Virus record (IMG/VR): IMGVR_UViG_3300023246_000533
Coordinates: 1 to 31,692 of that record
Length of the DNA stretch: 31,692 nucleotides
From: a virus
Taxonomy: Duplodnaviria; Caudoviricetes
Direction: 5' to 3' (one strand)
The translations under genes and the position numbers were made by a program. The notes under the pieces were generated by a model. That model saw only the letters and a program-made list of their open reading frames with translations. It did not search any database and had not been told where the DNA came from. Positions 7,313-18,202 of the stretch are shown here, piece after piece. The stretch's first letter is position 1; every line of letters begins with the position of its first letter.

Positions 7313-7458
7313 TTAAAGTAAATGTTATAAATTAAAATACAAATTGCAATTATGATTAAAACTACATCAAAAATATACCAACTATTATCATTTCTTATAA
7401 GTCCTGTAATTGTGGTAATTATAAATAAAATTGATAATATGATTAAAGCTGTTTTCAT
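7309..7458 (-). CDS. small 2-TM membrane protein (49 aa, not in ORF track)
   Basis: MKTALIILSILFIITTITGLIRNDNSWYIFDVVLIIIAICILIYNIYFK; ATGA overlaps at both ends. Confidence 0.65.
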   Translation of the reverse strand: MKTALIILSILFIITTITGLIRNDNSWYIFDVVLIIIAICILIYNIYFK

Positions 7459-8435
7459 TTTACTACTTTGTTATTATTTGTTACAATCTTTTCAGAATCC
7501 CACCAAGTAGCAGGAAATTCTCTCGTAACTTCACCTGCGTTAATTACTGGTGCAACAGCTGAATATTGAGAATTTCCATTTAATAAATAAGGTACTAAAA
7601 CTTTTTGACTGCCATATTTTACGTATGTCATTCCGTAATCTTCACAATAAGTATTAGTATTATCTGTATTCCAATAATCAGCACCATGTATTACTGAATG
7701 ATGATTATTACCACTTACATCATAGACCGTGTCATTGAATCCATTTACACAAGGAAAAAGACTAACATTTGAAGCATTGTAATTAAAATCATACAAACTG
7801 TCTACTCCTGCCTGATTTACACTATAATCTTTTATTGCTATATTGTGCATGCTTCCTGAAAAATGCAATATTAGAGCTCCAGAATTATTTGCTACACCTA
7901 TAAATAAATTATCTGTACAATTTCCTGTCGATAATACAGTAAAGTTTTTCTTATATGTTGTGGTTAAAAGTCCCTTATCAACATAAAATTTTATATTATC
8001 TCCTGCTGCATTAGATGTTACTAATATATGATGCCAATTATTATCTGTTATTGTAGCTCCATTATCAGAATGGCAATCTACTACTGGACCTCCTGCACCT
8101 TTAGTCATACTAAGTCTAATTGCCTCATCTCCGTATCCGCCTCCTGCGGTTTCCCATATAAGAAAAAATCCTTTTCCAATTGTACTTATACTATTACTTG
8201 CAATTGTTTGTCTATTAGCTAAATTATCAATTTTTATCCAAACAGAAATTGTAAATATATTTGTGTTTTGGATAAAAGAATATACGTCTAATCCATTATT
8301 ATCTTCAATGTAATTATTTGCACCATCACCTTGAAAACAATAATTACCAAGAGTGTAATTAGCAGGATATACTAAAACCTGACTATTTCCAATTAAGGCA
8401 AATAAAATTAATAATATTGTTAATAGTTTTTTCAT
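7455..8435 (-). CDS. LamG/concanavalin A-like domain protein with Sec signal peptide
   Basis: FTISVWIK, WHHILVT, IKFYVD, LFIG, FSGSMHNIAI LamG motifs; signal MKKLLTILLILFALIGNS|Q. Confidence 0.8.
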   Translation of the reverse strand: MKKLLTILLILFALIGNSQVLVYPANYTLGNYCFQGDGANNYIEDNNGLDVYSFIQNTNIFTISVWIKIDNLANRQTIASNSISTIGKGFFLIWETAGGGYGDEAIRLSMTKGAGGPVVDCHSDNGATITDNNWHHILVTSNAAGDNIKFYVDKGLLTTTYKKNFTVLSTGNCTDNLFIGVANNSGALILHFSGSMHNIAIKDYSVNQAGVDSLYDFNYNASNVSLFPCVNGFNDTVYDVSGNNHHSVIHGADYWNTDNTNTYCEDYGMTYVKYGSQKVLVPYLLNGNSQYSAVAPVINAGEVTREFPATWWDSEKIVTNNNKVVK

Positions 8436-8439
8436 AATT

Positions 8440-9891
8440 TTAAGGATTACAATCAGGACTTAATATTTGATAATTTGTACCATCAAAAGCAACCATTACC
8501 ATACTTGCTGCTTCAATATAATTGTCAGGCGGATCTTGGTCTGAATATGCTTTTAAACTAACTACGCCGCCGCCGTTTACGTTTAATGAACAGGCTCCTG
8601 TATTTGCTACATTTGCCTTAAAAACAATTATAGTTCCTGTTGTAGCCGTTAAGCCAGTAATTGTAATAGCATAAGCATCTGTACCGACTGCATCAAGTCC
8701 ATAATTTAATAATTGTATGTGAGCAACATCTGAAAATAAAGTATCTATTGCAGTTGTTGAATTGCCAATATTTCCTGTTAAATCTGTTGTTGAAACTGTT
8801 GCTGTCATTCCAAGTTCGCCTGTTGCGGTTTGTGTGTAAGCACTATCAGGACTTGCAACTTCGGGTGTATTTGTTACTGTTAAATTTCCAACTACATCAA
8901 CTTTTCCTCCGTTATATGAATCCATATATGTTATTGTTGCCCCTGCTAAAGTTTCAGTTTGTGCTTCTATTTGCTTATATGAAACATTATCTATTTTATA
9001 AGTTCCTGCCGAAATTGTTACATTAGACTTAAATATACAATTTTTAATCATGCCTCCAAAAGTAGAATGAGAATTTATTAAATCAAACTCAGTTTCAGAA
9101 CAATCATATAATGCAATATTTGTACTTGAGGCATCTGTATCGGTTATATGTGCTTTAATTCTTGTTTTGCCCACACTTTCAAGCAAAACAGTTGGAACTC
9201 CTGCGCCTGCAAAATCTCCGCTAATGAAAGCAGATCCGTTTGAAAAATAGGCATGATTTAAGAAAACAACCCAAGTTCCATTTGTGGTAAATAGTAAGTT
9301 GTTTGAAATTTCCATGCCTGTAAAACTCATGTATTGTAAGGCATCGTTATTACGTGTGCAGGTAATTATTCCTGAAATTTCTCCATTATCTCCCTTTTCT
9401 GGTCTGTTTGACATTCCTCCCCAAAATTCTATTTTACTGTAATAATCGGCTGTTTGCTGTGTTGTTTGAATGTCTATCTTGCCAGTTATCTTAACCCCTG
9501 CCATTTGAAACCTGACATATTTTTGATTTGTGATCAATAAAGTATCTGCATAAGTTCCCGGTGCAATTTTTACAATATATTTTGATTCAGGGTAATTTCC
9601 TGCTACTGCAAGTGCCAAAGCATCAGCGTTCATATATTCTGTACAAGCCTGTATCGTGGTAAAAGGCTTTATTAATGTCCCTGTTCCTGTTACAGTAGAT
9701 GTGTTTGAACCGTCTACATAAAGAACGTTTGTAATATCTCCTAATTGCCAACCCCCTATACTATAATTGTCAGCACTTACACTATCCGCCTCAATTGTTC
9801 CATAATTGTTAGGCTTATTCAAGTTTATAGAATTTTGCGAATATCCGTAAATCCCGATAAACATTATTAAAATTAAAATTAAATTTCTCAT
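8440..9891 (-). CDS. tail fibre/spike-like protein (beta-helix-like N part, fibre-type C domain) with Sec signal peptide
   Basis: Probable start 9891 (ATGA overlap), MRNLILILIMFIGIYGYS|Q; LYVDG..GTGT..KPFTTIQ..IAPGTY; C-terminal FKANVANTGACSLNVNG...FDGTNYQI. Confidence 0.7.
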   Translation of the reverse strand: MRNLILILIMFIGIYGYSQNSINLNKPNNYGTIEADSVSADNYSIGGWQLGDITNVLYVDGSNTSTVTGTGTLIKPFTTIQACTEYMNADALALAVAGNYPESKYIVKIAPGTYADTLLITNQKYVRFQMAGVKITGKIDIQTTQQTADYYSKIEFWGGMSNRPEKGDNGEISGIITCTRNNDALQYMSFTGMEISNNLLFTTNGTWVVFLNHAYFSNGSAFISGDFAGAGVPTVLLESVGKTRIKAHITDTDASSTNIALYDCSETEFDLINSHSTFGGMIKNCIFKSNVTISAGTYKIDNVSYKQIEAQTETLAGATITYMDSYNGGKVDVVGNLTVTNTPEVASPDSAYTQTATGELGMTATVSTTDLTGNIGNSTTAIDTLFSDVAHIQLLNYGLDAVGTDAYAITITGLTATTGTIIVFKANVANTGACSLNVNGGGVVSLKAYSDQDPPDNYIEAASMVMVAFDGTNYQILSPDCNP

Positions 9892-10847
9892 GATAAAGTT
9901 ATAAATTTTGTTAATGTATAATAAGTTCCTGAATTTGTTAAACAGGTGCATTTTACATGCCAATAACCAGTACTTCCGACATCAAATGCAACCCCATCAC
10001 TTACAAATGTCCCTTGTGATACTGTGTCCGCCTCCACGAATGGGTCTGTCGATTTTCTATATTCGACTTTTACAAGTGTGTCTACAACTGCATCCCCAAT
10101 GGCTTTTATAAGTGTTCCGCTTGGATTTGTTAACATCATATTGCATAACGGATGCCAATAAGAGCCGTTATATATCCATTTAACTGTTGGATTATTAAGA
10201 TTGTATATTATTTTATTAGTTGCATTAAATTCGGGGTCTGTAATTAAAATATTTTCCCATGCAAGACTTGGCAATAGTACTTCTACTTTATAGCCTCTTT
10301 CATTTGCAAATTCAGTATGTTTTGCGATAATAAACGGCATCCCTATGGCTGCGAATGGGTCTGATGACGGGTCTAAATAAGAAGCCCCCTCCTCATCTAA
10401 ATAAGAACAATAAGAAACTCCTGATTCGGGCAATAAATCTGTTTCATCTTCACAGCCTTTGTCGATTATTGGTTCGACTATGAAATTGCAATTAATAACA
10501 GGGAAAGCGCCCTCATCATGTTTTTGTTCTAATGTGAAATTAATATCATAAATAGAGTTTATATTTCCGTTGTTTCTTGACATTACAACATTATCGCATA
10601 ATCTTATTACTGAAAATGTGTCTGCTAATCTTTCAGTTGCGGGAATTATAAATCTATATCGTTTTTTTGATATTTGTTTTGTAGTTTTTGGAATCTCATA
10701 TTGACTTGTCTCTACTTTTTTTTCAATAGGATATTCGGGAGCTGATAATTCGGTATTTAAAAGCACACGAATCTTAAAGCCATCTTGAAATCTAATGCCT
10801 TGCAATTCTCTACTATGAGAGGCTTCTATGACTATCCATTCATTCAT
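9888..10847 (-). CDS. putative tail structural protein
   Basis: Position in the tail module; beta-rich composition. Confidence 0.5.
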   Translation of the reverse strand: MNEWIVIEASHSRELQGIRFQDGFKIRVLLNTELSAPEYPIEKKVETSQYEIPKTTKQISKKRYRFIIPATERLADTFSVIRLCDNVVMSRNNGNINSIYDINFTLEQKHDEGAFPVINCNFIVEPIIDKGCEDETDLLPESGVSYCSYLDEEGASYLDPSSDPFAAIGMPFIIAKHTEFANERGYKVEVLLPSLAWENILITDPEFNATNKIIYNLNNPTVKWIYNGSYWHPLCNMMLTNPSGTLIKAIGDAVVDTLVKVEYRKSTDPFVEADTVSQGTFVSDGVAFDVGSTGYWHVKCTCLTNSGTYYTLTKFITLS

Positions 10848-11831
10848 TTATTTTAAAGTAAAATTTCTTATACCAACCGTTGTCATTTTAATATATGCTG
10901 TCCAAATTATTGTTACACCTGCCTCGCCAACACAGGTTATTACAATTGCATTTGCCGTATTACACACAGAAACAACTGCACTTCCATCAAAACCTACGTC
11001 TTTTTGAATTGTCAAGACGGTGTCAACCGCTCCAACTAAAGCCGAAGTTCCTGCCAAATTTTTAGCCAATCCAACAATTGTATATGCGTAGCTGTCGCCT
11101 ATTGTAACATCAGCTCCTGCATTTATACTGGCAACAATCATTATCTCAAAATTACAAACCATATCAGTTGGAATGCTAAAATAAAGGTTATCCGTATCTG
11201 CAATAACCATTGTATCAGGAGTTGCATCGGCAGTTGTAAGGCTTTGTGTAGATTCGATAAATTGATTTCCTCCCCATATATTTGCACTTAATTCCGAATG
11301 CGAAGACAATCCTCTCATTGCATCAATATACGAAACTGATTTCATGCCACTTGTTGAACTTGCTATGCCTTGTGCTTCGGTTTTATAGCCTGTGGCGAGA
11401 GAGTAATTTCCAGAAGCTGTGTCTAAAACGCCTTTTTGTATAACTGCATCAGTTCCACTTCCTGCAGCAAATTGGTCGATGTCATTTATTACACTATCGA
11501 GTAAAAGTGTTGCATTATGAATATCAGGTTGATAACTCATTGTAGCAAAATCGGCAGCTTTCATAAAATTGCTTGTTGCTTCTGTGTCGTATTTTCCTAA
11601 AGTTGTCAAACCACAATTAAAATAAATACTATCGTCTTTTGCCTCCCTTGTCGAATCTGCAATACTTGTCAATGTTGTTAATGACATTTTTTCAGTATTT
11701 GCATTATCTGTATTTTTTACTAAAAAATAATCATTGCTTTTTGCAATTGCACGAACACTAACAGTTGTCCATATAGATTGACTATTAGCCAAAATTGGAA
11801 TTAAAAATAAAATAAAAATTAGTTTTTTCAT
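10848..11831 (-). CDS. putative tail fibre/adhesin-like protein with Sec signal peptide
   Basis: MKKLIFILFLIPILANS|Q; ASGNYSLATGYKTEAQGIASSTSG YadA-head-like repeats; C-terminal beta domain. Confidence 0.6.
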   Translation of the reverse strand: MKKLIFILFLIPILANSQSIWTTVSVRAIAKSNDYFLVKNTDNANTEKMSLTTLTSIADSTREAKDDSIYFNCGLTTLGKYDTEATSNFMKAADFATMSYQPDIHNATLLLDSVINDIDQFAAGSGTDAVIQKGVLDTASGNYSLATGYKTEAQGIASSTSGMKSVSYIDAMRGLSSHSELSANIWGGNQFIESTQSLTTADATPDTMVIADTDNLYFSIPTDMVCNFEIMIVASINAGADVTIGDSYAYTIVGLAKNLAGTSALVGAVDTVLTIQKDVGFDGSAVVSVCNTANAIVITCVGEAGVTIIWTAYIKMTTVGIRNFTLK

Positions 11832-11834
11832 ATC

Positions 11835-12350
11835 TTAAATATTAATTGTTGGTGTATTAACTTCAACCCCACCTTGTCCAGGTTTACTTGAAATCGGGGA
11901 AAACTCTAAATTTCCTGCAATCTCATATCCGCTTGTTTGGAACAATTCAGAATACCAAGTATCTGTTCCATCTGTTATTCTAAAAAAATAAACTCCTGTT
12001 ACTGGCAAATTTGTTACAAGTACTTTATTTCCTAATATCAGCACATCGTCAATATTGTCTCTTGATTTTATTACAATATCGCTCGAATCAATATCTGATA
12101 ATATATCGCTGTGTTCACAATAAGTAACATCTGAAGGGTCGTTAAAATCATTAGGAATACATAAAACAAACTCTGTTAGTGCCTGAATTTTCATTAAACG
12201 ATTAACTATTGCCGGAATTACTTTATCAATAGGAGAATGAAAAATGCCAAAATCAAAGTTGCCTTTTCGCTTTTCTTCACGCCAAGCCTGTTTCTCAATA
12301 TTGAGATAAAAAGGTAAGCCTGTCCATTTATGAGGGTCAAATGTTGACAT
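11835..12350 (-). CDS. putative tail protein
   Basis: Position after the tail tip gene; GVYFFRITDGTDTWYSELF Ig-like end. Confidence 0.5.
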   Translation of the reverse strand: MSTFDPHKWTGLPFYLNIEKQAWREEKRKGNFDFGIFHSPIDKVIPAIVNRLMKIQALTEFVLCIPNDFNDPSDVTYCEHSDILSDIDSSDIVIKSRDNIDDVLILGNKVLVTNLPVTGVYFFRITDGTDTWYSELFQTSGYEIAGNLEFSPISSKPGQGGVEVNTPTINI

Positions 12351-12390
12351 ATTGCAAAATTATACTATAATATTACTAATTTGTGTTATG

Positions 12391-14073
12391 TTAATAATTA
12401 ATTTCTATTGCGTACATATTATCATTTATCGTTTGAGTTACTTTTGTTATTTCGCCTGTTCCAAGTTTTGTTGTTGCTACTTTTTTATCTATAATATCTC
12501 CGATACACATTGGAACCTTAATTGTTGCAGCTTTTTTAATCTTCTTTTCATATCCGCCAGTATTTGTAGTAATTCCGTTTAACTCATACCACCTCGTCAT
12601 GTATTGTCGTACAAATCGGTAATAATTTGCAGCCATATTAAAAGTGTTTAATACGTTATTGGTTTCAATTGATAAACTGACACCTTGATATTGTGAATAA
12701 CCGAAATTTGCCGCATATATAACTAAGTCCAAATTCTTTTCATCGTCTAAATGAACGCCTAATATGTCGGTTATAAAATCAAATGTTACAGTTTCTTTTT
12801 CCAATTCTGATTCAAAAAATAAAGCTATTGCCTGTTCGAATGATCCGCTTCCCTTTTTAAATTTAAAAGTCATTTCACTTGTTATCTTTTCATCAAATGA
12901 AAACTTATTTGGTTGGTTAAATCCTGTATTTGTCAAGTCAAGTCCAGTTGAAGTTTGTGGATACCATTGCGGATAAGGTTTTACTATAAAATCGTAATCC
13001 ACTCCGCTCAAATTGCTTTCCTTTAGCATATAATAATATCCAAATTGATGCAATATTTTCAATATTCTTTTTAGGTTAACCTCAAATTTTACTTTATTTG
13101 GGTTTTGTTCATTTTGGCTTCTGTTTGAAAATTCTACACTTGAAATAAAAAGCGTGTCAAATACATAATTGTTATTAAATTGTAACGGATCTGAATCTAT
13201 TGATAAACTACTCCCTAATATCTCTTGCATAGCATGACCAATTGTATATCCTTTAATCGTACAGGCATATCTTGAATTATCTTGAACATTTGAAATTAAT
13301 GTATTAATCCAAATATCAGAGCCTCCAACCGTGGCAATATTTTCACGCCCCATAAAAACATAATCCGGAGTAAGTTGACTGTTTGCGTATCCAAGACCAA
13401 AAAATGATGTTTTCATAGGTCTGAACCATTGTAAAGCATCCGTATCTTTAATCCAGTCAAAGTCTGTTACATCTCCGGTGCTTACTCTTGTTTCGTAATC
13501 AGTCCACGAATATCCGTAATGACCATCAGGAAGGACTTTAATAATTTCAGTTATCCAAATTCTAAATAGTGGACTCATCAAATAAAGCATAGTATAACCG
13601 TTTTTCGTGGTATTTATATCTGTGGCTGTTGCAAAGAAATAAGAACGCCTTTGACTAATAAAATCATCGGGAGGGTCGTTACTTCCTGTTAATCTTAAAA
13701 AAGTAGAATCCACTAATGAAAGCATATTACTATACTTATCGGCATTTATCATGTTTACAATATCAAACGTGCAATTATCATAATCTATTTCAAATTCTGA
13801 ATATTTGAATTTCCCCCTATAATGCAGTCTTACATTTGAATTTTCGCTTATATAAAAGTTTACATAATTTTCATTCCAAAACTCCTCAAGGTTTATTTTG
13901 TCCCAAATTTCAGGATTTAAAGTCCTTGATATTTTAAGTTTACCAACAAAGAATCTTCTACGTTCAATTATATTTTCGTGGTCTTTTTCCTCGAATTTAA
14001 TATCCTTTTCATTCTCAATATAATAATTATAAAGAGTTGTTCCTATCTGTATTTTAATGCTGAAATTAATCAT
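12391..14073 (-). CDS. putative tail tip/hub protein
   Basis: Large ORF immediately after the tape measure gene. Confidence 0.55.
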   Translation of the reverse strand: MINFSIKIQIGTTLYNYYIENEKDIKFEEKDHENIIERRRFFVGKLKISRTLNPEIWDKINLEEFWNENYVNFYISENSNVRLHYRGKFKYSEFEIDYDNCTFDIVNMINADKYSNMLSLVDSTFLRLTGSNDPPDDFISQRRSYFFATATDINTTKNGYTMLYLMSPLFRIWITEIIKVLPDGHYGYSWTDYETRVSTGDVTDFDWIKDTDALQWFRPMKTSFFGLGYANSQLTPDYVFMGRENIATVGGSDIWINTLISNVQDNSRYACTIKGYTIGHAMQEILGSSLSIDSDPLQFNNNYVFDTLFISSVEFSNRSQNEQNPNKVKFEVNLKRILKILHQFGYYYMLKESNLSGVDYDFIVKPYPQWYPQTSTGLDLTNTGFNQPNKFSFDEKITSEMTFKFKKGSGSFEQAIALFFESELEKETVTFDFITDILGVHLDDEKNLDLVIYAANFGYSQYQGVSLSIETNNVLNTFNMAANYYRFVRQYMTRWYELNGITTNTGGYEKKIKKAATIKVPMCIGDIIDKKVATTKLGTGEITKVTQTINDNMYAIEINY

Positions 14074-17000
14074 ACCACGTTGTTGAATTACCCTCTCTTT
14101 TGCCGATTACTCTACCGTCACTACTTATTATTTCTTGATTTGAATTATTTACTAACTGCTTTAAATATCCATTTGTTTCTCCGAAATCAACATCTGTTTT
14201 ATTATCATAGAATTGTTGTAACTTCAAGTTATTAGCCGCATTGGTAAAACTTTCAATTTCACTTCCATATTTTTTGGTCGCAGGTCTTGAAAATATTGCT
14301 CCCATTTCGCCTTTTTCAAACTCTTTATTTCCATAAACATTACCACCTTGTGAGTGTAATTGTCCGCCCTCTACCCATGTTCCGCCATGTTCAAACTTTT
14401 GAGTTAAGACCATTGCCGAAGCTGCGGCTGCCCCTATTATAGCTTTTATTGATAATGATGCTGCGAGAGCAGTAGATGCAGCCAACCCAACAACAGTTAT
14501 ATTCAAAGGGTCTGCTGCACGTTTAGCAGCAATTGAAGACAATTCTAATGCAAGATTAACACCGATTTCAGCTATTGCAATAGCTTGACGTTTTTTAAAC
14601 GCCTTTTTTTCTATTTCTAATCTTTGCGCATCTGTTAAGTTTTCATTTTTCAGTTTTTCCCGTTCTGCATTGGAAGCTAATTGGTTTGCAACATCAAATG
14701 CAGATGCATTTATTTCTTGCAAATATTCAATTTGCCTCACTCGTAATTCCTTTCTTTTTTGATATTCTTCAACTTGTTTTGCAGTAATCCTGTCTTCTTT
14801 GTCGGCTTCGCCATCAACTTCATCTCCCCATTCAATCGCTAATAATTCAACTTTTTCTTCTTTGTATTTCGTATCTATTTCATCTTTTTTCTGCAGTCTT
14901 TCAAATTCCAATAACTCCATATCTCCACCAAACTTTATAAAATCTGCTTTTTGCTTTTCGTACCAAATTTTCAAATCTTCAAGTTCTTTTTCCCTGCCAT
15001 CAATTCCAAAAGTTCGCATCTTTAAATCAAATGCTGCTTGTGCTTTTAGTTTTGCATCATTTCCTTTGCTTCCACCGCCTCCGCCTGTATCTTCATCGAT
15101 TGTGTCAACTCCGCTACCTGTATATAGCTCATCTTGCGTATCTGTTAATTCTTTTAATTTTGCATCCAAAGCATCAACATTAGCCCCCCATTGCTTATAA
15201 TCTTCAACGATTTTTTGTGATTCCACTGGGTCATATCCACCAAAATTAAAAACATCTACTTGTCCTACTCTTTTAAATTTTTTGAGTTTTTGAATATGTT
15301 TATCAATACCCTCTTTGTCCGCCTTTTCAATTAATGCCTTGTTTTCGTCAATTTGTTTTTTGGTTTCTCTTATTCGCCTATCATGTGCTGTTGACTCTAT
15401 GACTAAAATTTGTGCATTACCTTTGGCAATTACCTGTTTATATATTTCGGCTTCTGATAATGTTAAATCAAAATTTTCTTTTATATATTGTTCTTTTAAT
15501 AAAGTTCCTGCCTTATATGACCTTTTCATATATGCCATAATTCCCTTTTCGGTATCAATTCTTTTTCTCATACTGTCCTCGAGGTCAAATAATGACGCTT
15601 TCTGAACAGCAAGCTGTTTACGATATGATTCGCTTAAATTTTCCTCACCTGCAATTACTTTGTTTAATTCATTTACTAAAATAGTTAAATAATCGGTTGC
15701 TGTTTTAATCGTTCCGCTGCCATCGCTTATACTTAGAATTAACCCCTCCCATGCAGATTTTAATTTAATTGTCGAACCTGCAACGTTATCCAATTGTTCT
15801 TCCGCCATTCTTTTAGCAGCACCACCTGCACCCTCTAAAGATGTTTTTAATTCATCTGCGGACTCTGCACCCTCTAAAAATGTTGCAAATGCAGCAACAC
15901 TTCTTTTATCCGTTAATTGTAAGGTTGTATTTAGGTCAACTCCTTCGCCTCTTAATTTTACTAAAGCAGGTATTAATTCATCAAATGAATTTACAGAACC
16001 ACCCAATTTTTTAGCTAACTTCCCATTACTGTCGGCAAGATTTAATAATATATTACGTAAAGAAGTGCCCATCATTGAGGCATCAAAACCTGAATCTGAT
16101 AATTTACCAAGCAATGCAGTTGTTTCTTCAATGGAAAATCCAAATTGTTTAGCAATCGGGGCAACCTTTGGAAGTGCGGTTGCGAGTTTTTCCATTGTTA
16201 AAGCACTTTGCGAAGTTGAAGCTGCCATTACATCAGTAACTCTACCCATCTCAGAGGCATCCAATCCAAAGGCTCTTAATGCAGAACCTGAAATCTCAGC
16301 CGCCCTTGCTAAGTCCGTACCAGTTGCGGCTGCTAAGTCCAATATGCCACCAGTAGAATAAAGTATCTCACTTGTTATAAATCCTAATTTTGCAAGTTCT
16401 GTTTGTAATCCCGAAACTTCCGAAGCCGTGAAAGCCGTTGTACTTCCATATTTCTTTGAACTTGCTGTAAGCTCTCCTATTTGGTCTTTAGTAGTTCCAA
16501 GTATTGAGGCTAACTTACTTTGTGCTTTTTCAAACTGAACAGTAACATCAAACATTCTTTGTAATCCACGAAAAGCAGCCCTTACGCCAAATGCTCCCAA
16601 CATCATTATTCCGACTTTCTTTAAAGAGGCACTTAATCTTTGCAGTCCGCTATTATATTTTTTGGTTGCGCCAGTCATTTGACCCATTCTTGTTTTATTA
16701 TTGTCAATGACTTTTTGATATGCTAATGCTTTTTTCCTGCCCTGTTCTGTTGTTTGATTTACTTCTTTTAGTCTTTTTATTAAGAGCTTATTTGCAAGTT
16801 CAAGTTTCTTAACGCTTCCGGCTCCTGCTTTTTGCCATTGAATCTGTAATTTTTGTAATTTTAAGTTTTCCTGATTTGCGAGTTTTTGTTCAGTTAATGC
16901 TTTTGTGTATTTTTTATCAGTAGTGATTGACTTTACAATTTGAGTCTGTAATTGCTTTTCAACTTTGAGTTTTTCCTTTTCGATTAAGGTTTGTTTGTTA

Positions 17001-17173
17001 ATCGCTCCACTTAAATTATTTAGATTGTCTTTGTATTTTTGTAATGAAGCACTATCAGTAATTGGACTTTTTTTCATTTCCACACCAACTTCTTTAATGG
17101 CTTGCTTATTCTTATTATACGCTTTTGTTAGTTCGTTTAATGTATTTAGATATTTTGTGAATATATTTGCCAT
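14066..17173 (-). CDS. tail tape measure protein (TP901-family core)
   Basis: 1035 aa, helical; GSTTAFTASEV..LAKLGF..LDLAAATG..LRAFGLDASEMGRVTDVMA..AKRMAEEQLDNVAG...LKSAWEG. Confidence 0.93.
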   Translation of the reverse strand: MANIFTKYLNTLNELTKAYNKNKQAIKEVGVEMKKSPITDSASLQKYKDNLNNLSGAINKQTLIEKEKLKVEKQLQTQIVKSITTDKKYTKALTEQKLANQENLKLQKLQIQWQKAGAGSVKKLELANKLLIKRLKEVNQTTEQGRKKALAYQKVIDNNKTRMGQMTGATKKYNSGLQRLSASLKKVGIMMLGAFGVRAAFRGLQRMFDVTVQFEKAQSKLASILGTTKDQIGELTASSKKYGSTTAFTASEVSGLQTELAKLGFITSEILYSTGGILDLAAATGTDLARAAEISGSALRAFGLDASEMGRVTDVMAASTSQSALTMEKLATALPKVAPIAKQFGFSIEETTALLGKLSDSGFDASMMGTSLRNILLNLADSNGKLAKKLGGSVNSFDELIPALVKLRGEGVDLNTTLQLTDKRSVAAFATFLEGAESADELKTSLEGAGGAAKRMAEEQLDNVAGSTIKLKSAWEGLILSISDGSGTIKTATDYLTILVNELNKVIAGEENLSESYRKQLAVQKASLFDLEDSMRKRIDTEKGIMAYMKRSYKAGTLLKEQYIKENFDLTLSEAEIYKQVIAKGNAQILVIESTAHDRRIRETKKQIDENKALIEKADKEGIDKHIQKLKKFKRVGQVDVFNFGGYDPVESQKIVEDYKQWGANVDALDAKLKELTDTQDELYTGSGVDTIDEDTGGGGGSKGNDAKLKAQAAFDLKMRTFGIDGREKELEDLKIWYEKQKADFIKFGGDMELLEFERLQKKDEIDTKYKEEKVELLAIEWGDEVDGEADKEDRITAKQVEEYQKRKELRVRQIEYLQEINASAFDVANQLASNAEREKLKNENLTDAQRLEIEKKAFKKRQAIAIAEIGVNLALELSSIAAKRAADPLNITVVGLAASTALAASLSIKAIIGAAAASAMVLTQKFEHGGTWVEGGQLHSQGGNVYGNKEFEKGEMGAIFSRPATKKYGSEIESFTNAANNLKLQQFYDNKTDVDFGETNGYLKQLVNNSNQEIISSDGRVIGKREGNSTTWYD

Positions 17174-17742
17174 TATCTTTTTGTTTCAATATCTGTTTTA
17201 AAATTCTCCACCATATATAAAAATTCTTTTATACTGATTGCTTTTGTGTCTATTCTGTATTTGTAAAAAGTTGACATTTTTGCGGCAACCTTAAACAAAC
17301 TTTCATGTTTAGAGAATTTAAAACTTTCCAATTCCCTGTTTTTCATTTTAATTTGAGTAATCATTGAGCGGTCATCTTCGCCTAAATACTTACAGACCAT
17401 TATGTTTTTGCTTCGTTCTTTGTTTACATAATAGGAATACTCATCAGACATTTCAAACTCATCAATTAATTGGTTTGATATTAATTGCATTTCCTCAGGA
17501 TATTCGCCTTTAAATCTGCCTTTACGTAAATAACAAGTAGTTCCTTTATCGACTATCATTATGTAATTCCATGCACGTAGATTGTCAATCGTCGAGTACA
17601 GACGTATAAAGTATTTTTTTTCCAGTCTTTTCAGCAATAGAATACTCCATAATATCACATCTTTGACTACATACTCGAATGACACAATATATTTTATTCT
17701 TATCCTTTGTAAGTCGATCCGATAATTCTTTATACTTATCAT
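17173..17742 (-). CDS. putative tail assembly chaperone
   Basis: Directly upstream of the tape measure gene (position only). Confidence 0.45.
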   Translation of the reverse strand: MISIKNYRIDLQRIRIKYIVSFEYVVKDVILWSILLLKRLEKKYFIRLYSTIDNLRAWNYIMIVDKGTTCYLRKGRFKGEYPEEMQLISNQLIDEFEMSDEYSYYVNKERSKNIMVCKYLGEDDRSMITQIKMKNRELESFKFSKHESLFKVAAKMSTFYKYRIDTKAISIKEFLYMVENFKTDIETKR

Positions 17743-18176
17743 AAGCCATTTAATGCCTTGTTTAAATCAATATCTAACTGCTTTTGCACTCTTGCTTCAA
17801 AATTCTTTTCATATTTTTTAACAAGCATATCTTCATCTTTTTCGGTCAGCCCCTCAATGTCGTCGCCATATCTGTTTATTAAAACTCCGCCTAAATCTGC
17901 ATTTGTTTGGTCAGGTTCTAATATTATTTGATTTGGCTTTAAAAATATTTTAAATGACCTATGAAACTCCCCCGACAAAAACAGCGTAACCCTATTTATA
18001 ATCTTACCATAAGGGCTACTTCCTTTTTTCTTTTTTACTTTTTTATAAGGATTTGAGTATAGGGGTTTAATAGCTTTTTCTTTACTATCCTTACCCCTTC
18101 CCAACATATCACTATGCAGTTGAACAATTTTCTTTTCATTGTCCTTTACTATTTGTTGGAATATCCTTACAAACAT
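17739..18176 (-). CDS. putative neck/tail-completion (HK97 gp10-like) protein
   Basis: Basic, LFLSGEFHRSF motif resembling the L.xTG.F..S motif of virion morphogenesis proteins. Confidence 0.5.
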   Translation of the reverse strand: MFVRIFQQIVKDNEKKIVQLHSDMLGRGKDSKEKAIKPLYSNPYKKVKKKKGSSPYGKIINRVTLFLSGEFHRSFKIFLKPNQIILEPDQTNADLGGVLINRYGDDIEGLTEKDEDMLVKKYEKNFEARVQKQLDIDLNKALNGL

Positions 18177-18196
18177 AAAAAAGGGGCAAAAGCCCC
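18177..18196 (-). terminator. intrinsic terminator after the major tail protein gene
   Basis: Minus strand GGGGC-TTTT-GCCCC-TTTTTT, ending right at the next ATG. Confidence 0.75.
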
Positions 18197-18202
18197 AATT
18201 TT

